From positions 1 through 64,000 of the IMG/VR virus record IMGVR_UViG_3300014911_000001: 64,000 bases of DNA, one strand, 5' to 3'. Below, one piece after another: positions 59,153-64,000 of the stretch. The position numbers and the translations under genes are program-made. The notes beneath the pieces are model-generated. The model was not told where the DNA came from. It saw nothing but the letters and a program-made list of their open reading frames with translations, and searched no databases. Origin of the DNA: a virus. The first letter of the stretch is position 1. Each line of letters opens with the position of its first letter.

Positions 59153-59260
59153 GAAGCCCGCGCCTCCTTTTTTTATCACCTCTCTTTTTCTTCGCCGCCC
59201 CTCCCTTGCCCCACCGCCCCGCCTCATTGCCCTGCCTACGGTTATGACATATTTTACCAT

Positions 59261-59288
59261 ATTATAATGAAAATTTTATTATTTTCAA
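59261..59288 (-). promoter_or_regulatory. Sigma70-like promoter TTGAAA-N16-TATAAT
   Basis: Intergenic, minus strand. Confidence 0.6.
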
Positions 59289-59371
59289 GATCTTTCCCTT
59301 CCTTTTTTCCTCATTGCGATGCCGACAGTTATGGTTTAGTTACCGCAAAATTGACCAAAAAAATTTACGGT

Positions 59372-61348
59372 CTACTTATTAGGCCGCCAGCCTGACGCTG
59401 TCTTGAATGCGTAGAACAAGCTCTTCGCCTCCTCTTTACTTATACCGTTCTTTATCGCGATCTGCTCGATGACCAGATCCTCATTAGCAGGAAGAGGAAC
59501 GATATCAATCTCGGATGGATCCTTATCGTCTCTGAATCTGATGAAGCGCGGCGCCCTGAGAGCTTCTTTTCCTAGATCCATCGCGCGGACTTCGATGACT
59601 CTTCCTTTATATTTCTCAGGATGGAGCCACATGTCATCTCTTATTTCGTCTGTGAAGCCGGAACCGACCATCGCGACTACTTTACCCGTAGCATCAGCTG
59701 CTGCTACCTTCCCTGCGGAGTTGGATAACCTTCCTGTACCGGGCAGAATATCAACGATCTTCAAATCATAGGTATCAAATCTTTTTACCTTATACCACTT
59801 ATCCTCTCTTGGCAATCCGTTGGGATCCTTTATAATGATACCTTCGCCCAGTGGCAGATCGTCATCGATCATGTCGCGGAAGAAGTCGGCGGCCTTATCA
59901 GGATCACTGGACTTGAAGTGTATCATCTTTGGCACCGTGAACATCCTCTTGGTCGCGGCTTCAGGTATTTGGTATTTACCATAATAACTCTCATTAAGAA
60001 GCCCGACGATATCCTCGTATATGGTTCTTCTTTCCATGTATGAAGCCGGCGCTGGTATCAGTACTCCGTCCTCTGTGGCCCATCCGATCCAGTCGAATAC
60101 CATTAGTCGGATTAAGCCGCGCTCCTTCTGTGCAAGGACGGCATTCTCGGGACTCGCGTTGAGCATCCCGCTGAGGACATTAGCTCCATCAGGATGCCAC
60201 AGCTCGCCCCGCAGGACCATCCCCACCGCCCGCTCCGGTAGCCATAAGCCCGCGCTCATATGAGGAACATTACCCTCTCTGTGGATCGGATATCCCTCAA
60301 CGGAATACCTTCTACTTACTACAGTAAGAGTAACAGGCACTCCATCAGGCAGATAACCCTCATATTTGAGGAAGGCGCGCTTCAGTGCGTTAATCGCGGC
60401 TCTATCTAAGACTGGTTTGACTATAGCTGGCTGACTCACCTTGAACGACGGACCGGGGTCCTGGCTTTTCTTGGCAGCGGTGAAGACCTTGAGGACCCCA
60501 CCGATGGTCCCCACCGCCCGCCCCGCTTCTTCCCGCGGGCTTACTATGATTTGATCCTCTGTCTTAAGAATCTCATATTCTCCTGTCTCGAAGAACGGTG
60601 CGTTTATTCTTATTATGAAGTTGGCACCATCGACCTTCCGCTCTGCGATAAGCTCCTTACCTTCCTCGACTCTCTTGGTGACATCCTCCGCTGTTTCGAG
60701 GGCTTCATACACTCGCCTCGGGAACCATAATTCCGTAAATCCAGAATGACGGATCGCGATATAATTTTTATCTGTCACCTTAATGAACTCCCACCATCCG
60801 GACCACGGCTCATCTATTTTATACGGTGTGAATACCTCAACAGATTTCAGGTTGGATCTTACTACGCCCGGACTTTGGTATTCGATGGTCATTAAGCCGG
60901 CGCCGTATTGCCCTTCGGGGATTTCACCTTCGAAGTCCTCTGCTAGGATTTTATGATCCTGGGATCTTATCACATTTGTTTTCCATCCGCTTGGTTTCTT
61001 AGGATTATCGTCAGCATGAAGCGGCGGCTTCTTCTTGAACACGAACGATATCAGTCTTTCGCTAGCACTTTTGAGGAGGCGCTGGCTCCGTGTCACAGGA
61101 TATCTGAACCGGAAGTCCCAGTGAAGCCCCGCCGCCCGCGCCTCATGCCTATGCACCGTCACCCTAGTAGGATATGGTTTCAGAGGTCTTAGCTCCATGT
61201 TCTTCTTATAGAGCGCCCGCTTCGTGGATCCCTTAATAACACGCTTTGCGGCTATCTGTGTATACGCTTTAATGAGACCGTTAGTAACAGCCTTATGCAG
61301 GAGAGCACCGGTTATCTTCGTACCAAGGGTTGCTGCTATGTGCCACAT
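59372..61348 (-). CDS. ATP-dependent DNA ligase with an N-terminal LigD-type 3'-phosphoesterase domain
   Basis: HEARAAGLHWDFRF and FEGEIPEGQYGAG (PE domain); ERKVDG, RGEL, VFD, EGIIIK, KVK, VGSGFTD, RAPRFIRFRDDK. Confidence 0.9.
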   Translation of the reverse strand: MWHIAATLGTKITGALLHKAVTNGLIKAYTQIAAKRVIKGSTKRALYKKNMELRPLKPYPTRVTVHRHEARAAGLHWDFRFRYPVTRSQRLLKSASERLISFVFKKKPPLHADDNPKKPSGWKTNVIRSQDHKILAEDFEGEIPEGQYGAGLMTIEYQSPGVVRSNLKSVEVFTPYKIDEPWSGWWEFIKVTDKNYIAIRHSGFTELWFPRRVYEALETAEDVTKRVEEGKELIAERKVDGANFIIRINAPFFETGEYEILKTEDQIIVSPREEAGRAVGTIGGVLKVFTAAKKSQDPGPSFKVSQPAIVKPVLDRAAINALKRAFLKYEGYLPDGVPVTLTVVSRRYSVEGYPIHREGNVPHMSAGLWLPERAVGMVLRGELWHPDGANVLSGMLNASPENAVLAQKERGLIRLMVFDWIGWATEDGVLIPAPASYMERRTIYEDIVGLLNESYYGKYQIPEAATKRMFTVPKMIHFKSSDPDKAADFFRDMIDDDLPLGEGIIIKDPNGLPREDKWYKVKRFDTYDLKIVDILPGTGRLSNSAGKVAAADATGKVVAMVGSGFTDEIRDDMWLHPEKYKGRVIEVRAMDLGKEALRAPRFIRFRDDKDPSEIDIVPLPANEDLVIEQIAIKNGISKEEAKSLFYAFKTASGWRPNK

Positions 61349-61358
61349 TTGCACCTCC

Positions 61359-61643
61359 TTATATAACCTTTTTCACATTGAATTTTTCTACGAGGGCATC
61401 AGCCATCTTCGCAGCACATTTTATACAGTATGGCCCGAAGGTTTTCTCCTTCTGGAACGCTCGGTAATCATCCTCATTATTACTGGTTTTTCTTATATTA
61501 CCAGCAATGATGAGGAATGCGAGGTCCTTCGGACCATAATTTTTACCACATATTTTACATGTCCACTTTTTACTTTTTCTGAATAGCATATCTCTACTCC
61601 TTTTGATGTTGTTTACTCTTGAGTTCTTCGTGAAATTCAGCAA
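61359..61643 (-). CDS. Small Zn-finger protein (start likely MLFRKS)
   Basis: CKICG...YCIKC. Confidence 0.65.
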   Translation of the reverse strand: MLNFTKNSRVNNIKRSRDMLFRKSKKWTCKICGKNYGPKDLAFLIIAGNIRKTSNNEDDYRAFQKEKTFGPYCIKCAAKMADALVEKFNVKKVI

Positions 61644-61803
61644 CAGCTTCTTCTACCTTAGTGGAAGGCGTGATAAACAGAGTAATACCATTGAACTCTA
61701 GATCGATATACACACCAAGCCGCTTTGAGGTTTCAATAGCCTCTTCAACGGCATTCACTATGTGTGTACCGGGTAATGGTTTCATGGTGACTACCAATTT
61801 CAT
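61594..61803 (-). CDS. Conserved small phage protein
   Basis: GT.I..A..EAI...LEFNG; RBS. Confidence 0.7.
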   Translation of the reverse strand: MKLVVTMKPLPGTHIVNAVEEAIETSKRLGVYIDLEFNGITLFITPSTKVEEAVAEFHEELKSKQHQKE

Positions 61804-61865
61804 CCTGTCCTCCTTGTTGATGTGAGGCCCCGCTCCTGCCCCACCCCGCCGCCCCCATCAACTTA

Positions 61866-62303
61866 TTAAGCTTCTTGGGCGGCCTTCTTCATCGCATAAA
61901 ATTCCTTGAGCTCTTTTGCGCTCAAGCCCAGCTTGACAGCACCAGTCATAATAACAGGCACCGATACCACAGGTGGCGCCATCGTTGCGATGATAGCACC
62001 AGTTATAGCTCTTCCTACATTCAGCATGGATTTCAGCGTGTAATGTTTTATGTCTTTACACTCCTCAGGTCTTATATCCTTGGTTAACGCCGTACTTCCG
62101 AGGACGACCTTGGCAACGGGCCCAACGATCGGCAGCAATGTCAGGCCAGCGCCAATAGCCATGGTTGGCTTATCGGCCTCTATGATCGCGTTTCTTGCCG
62201 TTTGATACTTCTCTCTTATGAAGCCGCGGCTTCTTTCTGCTATATCCTTTATCTTTTCGCGCGGCTTCACCTTCTTTACTTTCATAGCGAGTTTCTTTAC
62301 CAC
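61866..62303 (-). CDS. Membrane-associated hypothetical protein
   Basis: Gly/Ala-rich hydrophobic hairpins; RBS. Confidence 0.65.
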   Translation of the reverse strand: MVKKLAMKVKKVKPREKIKDIAERSRGFIREKYQTARNAIIEADKPTMAIGAGLTLLPIVGPVAKVVLGSTALTKDIRPEECKDIKHYTLKSMLNVGRAITGAIIATMAPPVVSVPVIMTGAVKLGLSAKELKEFYAMKKAAQEA

Positions 62304-62304
62304 A

Positions 62305-62649
62305 TTACACCTCCTTGCTTCTGATTTTTATTAGCTCCTCCTCTATTTTTATATCAGGATCCATCACAAAGAAGATGAGGCGCGCATACCTGTTAACAGG
62401 ATAATCAGGATAACCACCGATTGTTTCCCATGTGTGCAGACATATTATATATGTATCGCTTTTATACACGACCTCAAGCTCATCATATGTGCAACAGTCT
62501 CTTAGCATGTTACCAGAATTAGCTATCCATCTCTGTCCTACTTCTGCTTTTTCTAGGTCACTCCATGTAATCGTGATCTCGTCGCCCTCTCCATTATAGT
62601 CGAGGGCCGCGAGTCTGAATGCAATGTTCTGCTGCACTGTTTCTACCAT
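62305..62649 (-). CDS. Hypothetical protein
   Basis: RBS and an upstream GTCAAT motif. Confidence 0.7.
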   Translation of the reverse strand: MVETVQQNIAFRLAALDYNGEGDEITITWSDLEKAEVGQRWIANSGNMLRDCCTYDELEVVYKSDTYIICLHTWETIGGYPDYPVNRYARLIFFVMDPDIKIEEELIKIRSKEV

Positions 62650-62702
62650 CCTAATACCTCCTTGTTTGTTTTAGTTACCACTAAATTGACACCCGCCGGG
62701 CT

Positions 62703-62894
62703 TCACTCCTCCTCATATTCCTCCTTGTAATATTTTTCCTGATGCGGTAATAACTCCACTAGTGTCCCGCAGTATACGCATTCATATGGAGGATTGTCAA
62801 CCCTGGCGTTCTTTCCTGTCCACATTCCACACACAGGACATATCACATTGCCTGTAACGCTTACATCACCAATAACGGTGACTTTTTCACACAT
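62703..62894 (-). CDS. Small Zn-ribbon protein
   Basis: CPVCG...CVYCG. Confidence 0.65.
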   Translation of the reverse strand: MCEKVTVIGDVSVTGNVICPVCGMWTGKNARVDNPPYECVYCGTLVELLPHQEKYYKEEYEEE

Positions 62895-63074
62895 GTTTAC
62901 CTCCTTCCTGCTTTTTTTCCTTACTATTAAACATTATCCTGCGGGCTTCCGCCCCCACCGCCCGCCCCTCAAAGGCGGCGGCTTCTTATATCCTCCGCCG
63001 ATATGATACACAATATAAACGAGGCTAATAGTGGTAACACAGCTAGTAGCATCTTAATTATCCTCCTTTGTGTA

Positions 63075-63109
63075 AGATTTGCGTCAGATGTGTCAGATTT
63101 GCGTCAGAT
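63075..63109. repeat. Direct repeat AGATTTGCGTCAGAT x2 (20-bp period)
   Basis: Copies at 63075-89 and 63095-109, intergenic. Confidence 0.6.
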
Positions 63110-63375
63110 TAGCTCTTCTTCTTACTGAGTAATGCGCTCATTTGGATGTATACACTTATAAGAACACTTGCCAGCAATCCTACTATCATGCCGGTTACCC
63201 CGACGAACAGGGTAACCCCAACAGCCACCAGAATGCAGCTGATCGCAAAATCGCGCAGGTAGTGATTGCCTCGCAATCCTCTGATCAGCCCTTTCTCCTT
63301 TATTCTCTTCATGCCACGGGTCAGACTTATATACATCCATACTAAGCCCGCGGCCGCCACTAGGTATAGCAACAT
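63109..63375 (-). CDS. Small membrane protein
   Basis: Three hydrophobic segments; RBS. Confidence 0.7.
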   Translation of the reverse strand: MLLYLVAAAGLVWMYISLTRGMKRIKEKGLIRGLRGNHYLRDFAISCILVAVGVTLFVGVTGMIVGLLASVLISVYIQMSALLSKKKS

Positions 63376-63425
63376 AATACACCTCCTTGTTTATTCGCCA
63401 TTTGATTGACTAGGCGGTTATGACA

Positions 63426-63626
63426 TCATGGCCGCCAATGCTTCGGTGGCTTCCGGCGGCCCTTCTTCTTCCTCTTTTTGTTTTCAAACGCCTGTCCCGG
63501 CTTGATTGGTCCTATCACTTCTCTTGATAGGTATTTGATCACCTTTGATATTTCGCTGCCGGGCTTCTTCTTCCTTTTGCGGCGCTTCTTGCCCACTCCT
63601 ACTCCTCCTTGGATATGTTTATGCAT
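63426..63626 (-). CDS. Small very basic protein
   Basis: K/R-rich; AGGAGGAG RBS before GTG GGC AAG. Confidence 0.5.
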   Translation of the reverse strand: MHKHIQGGVGVGKKRRKRKKKPGSEISKVIKYLSREVIGPIKPGQAFENKKRKKKGRRKPPKHWRP

Positions 63627-63680
63627 AATATAGCTATCAATGCGAAGAAGGCTGTATACAACATACTAACCACCTTTGCG

Positions 63681-63720
63681 AAAAGGGGGAGGAGGCCCCA
63701 AACATCAGGACCTCCTCCCT
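63681..63720 (-). terminator. Intrinsic terminator-like hairpin
   Basis: GGGAGGAGGUCC..GGGCCUCCUCCC followed by CCUUUU, downstream of 63744..63980. Confidence 0.6.
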
Positions 63721-63743
63721 GCTCTGGCTACCCTCAGCTATTC

Positions 63744-63980
63744 TTAAAATGGTGCTTCGTTGTCGTCCTCCTCCTCAACTGGTGTGGATGCAGGCCTGCT
63801 CCGACGCCAGCTTGGACGCATAAACTCACCGATCGCTATTTTACATAGCATTTGGAATGTCGGAAGACTGCAGATCTTGGTCTTGCCGAGCCTTACAACC
63901 TTACCGTCGGATATGAGAGTCTTCGTAGTGCCATCATTTCTCTCGTGCGTAATTTTCCACTCAGGTTTCGCTGCGCACAT
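63744..63980 (-). CDS. Hypothetical protein with acidic tail
   Basis: GAGG RBS; ends EEEDDNEAPF. Confidence 0.6.
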   Translation of the reverse strand: MCAAKPEWKITHERNDGTTKTLISDGKVVRLGKTKICSLPTFQMLCKIAIGEFMRPSWRRSRPASTPVEEEDDNEAPF

Positions 63981-64000
63981 GGCAACCTCGGTGCCATTCA

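Noticed and set aside
59153-59260. N-terminal extension MVKYVITVGRAMRRGGG of 58610..59260
   Set aside because: The ATG abuts the -10 box, and a strong RBS precedes the ATG at 59152; the segment is better read as a G-rich leader.
2914-63565. GAAGC motif as REP elements or terminators
   Set aside because: Mostly intragenic, often half-sites, with very short stems and no U-tails.
63426-63626. ArfA-like ribosome rescue factor
   Set aside because: Only generic K/R richness; the KGKGSY motif is absent.
1-64000. Stop-codon reassignment (TAG or TGA)
   Set aside because: Conserved genes are full length and coding density is high under code 11; TAG and TGA end genes at sensible positions.
1-64000. 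Archaeal virus assignment (PolB, Hjc-like, Cas4, DNRLRE)
   Set aside because: The sigma-70 factor, DnaG-DnaB, TTGACA promoters, Clp ATPase and beta-barrel-like proteins favour a bacterial host.

Overview
A 64-kb, AT-rich, gene-dense segment of a large dsDNA virus (or virus-like element) of a bacterium. Strong AGGAGG ribosome-binding sites, TTGACA promoters, a sigma-70-family gene and beta-barrel-like outer-membrane proteins point to a diderm, non-Bacteroidota host, possibly in the FCB group (inference). No capsid, portal, terminase, integrase, tRNA, rRNA or CRISPR array was recognised. Layout: 1-4.3 kb, fibre/adhesin and envelope genes; 4.3-18.4 kb, replication and regulation (UDG, Clp-type AAA+, SSB, sigma factor, SF2 helicase, primase-helicase, Cas4-like nucleases, free-standing degenerate Hint domains); 18.4-27 kb, six signal-peptide-bearing, Cys-rich proteins dense in D-S/T-x motifs; 27-31.2 kb, RecA-like protein, PolB, nucleoside deoxyribosyltransferase-like protein and resolvase; 31.2-64 kb, a long minus-strand array of small, often paralogous genes with a Whirly-like SSB, a MoxR/vWA pair, HicB and a phosphoesterase-DNA ligase fusion. 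Most notable observations: (1) a window-wide, strongly over-represented GAAGC-[GC]n-GCTTC palindrome/half-site written into coding sequences; (2) an apparently secreted, disulfide-bonded, possibly O-glycosylated fibre-like protein set whose signal peptides are encoded in gene overlaps; (3) a conserved GTCAAT-N4-GG..AAAC upstream motif; (4) three structured ncRNA candidates; (5) a skew switch with 12-bp repeats at 57.4 kb; (6) a G-rich GGGGCGGGCGGTGGGG motif clustered at 59-63 kb. All family calls are from motif recognition by eye, without database searches.
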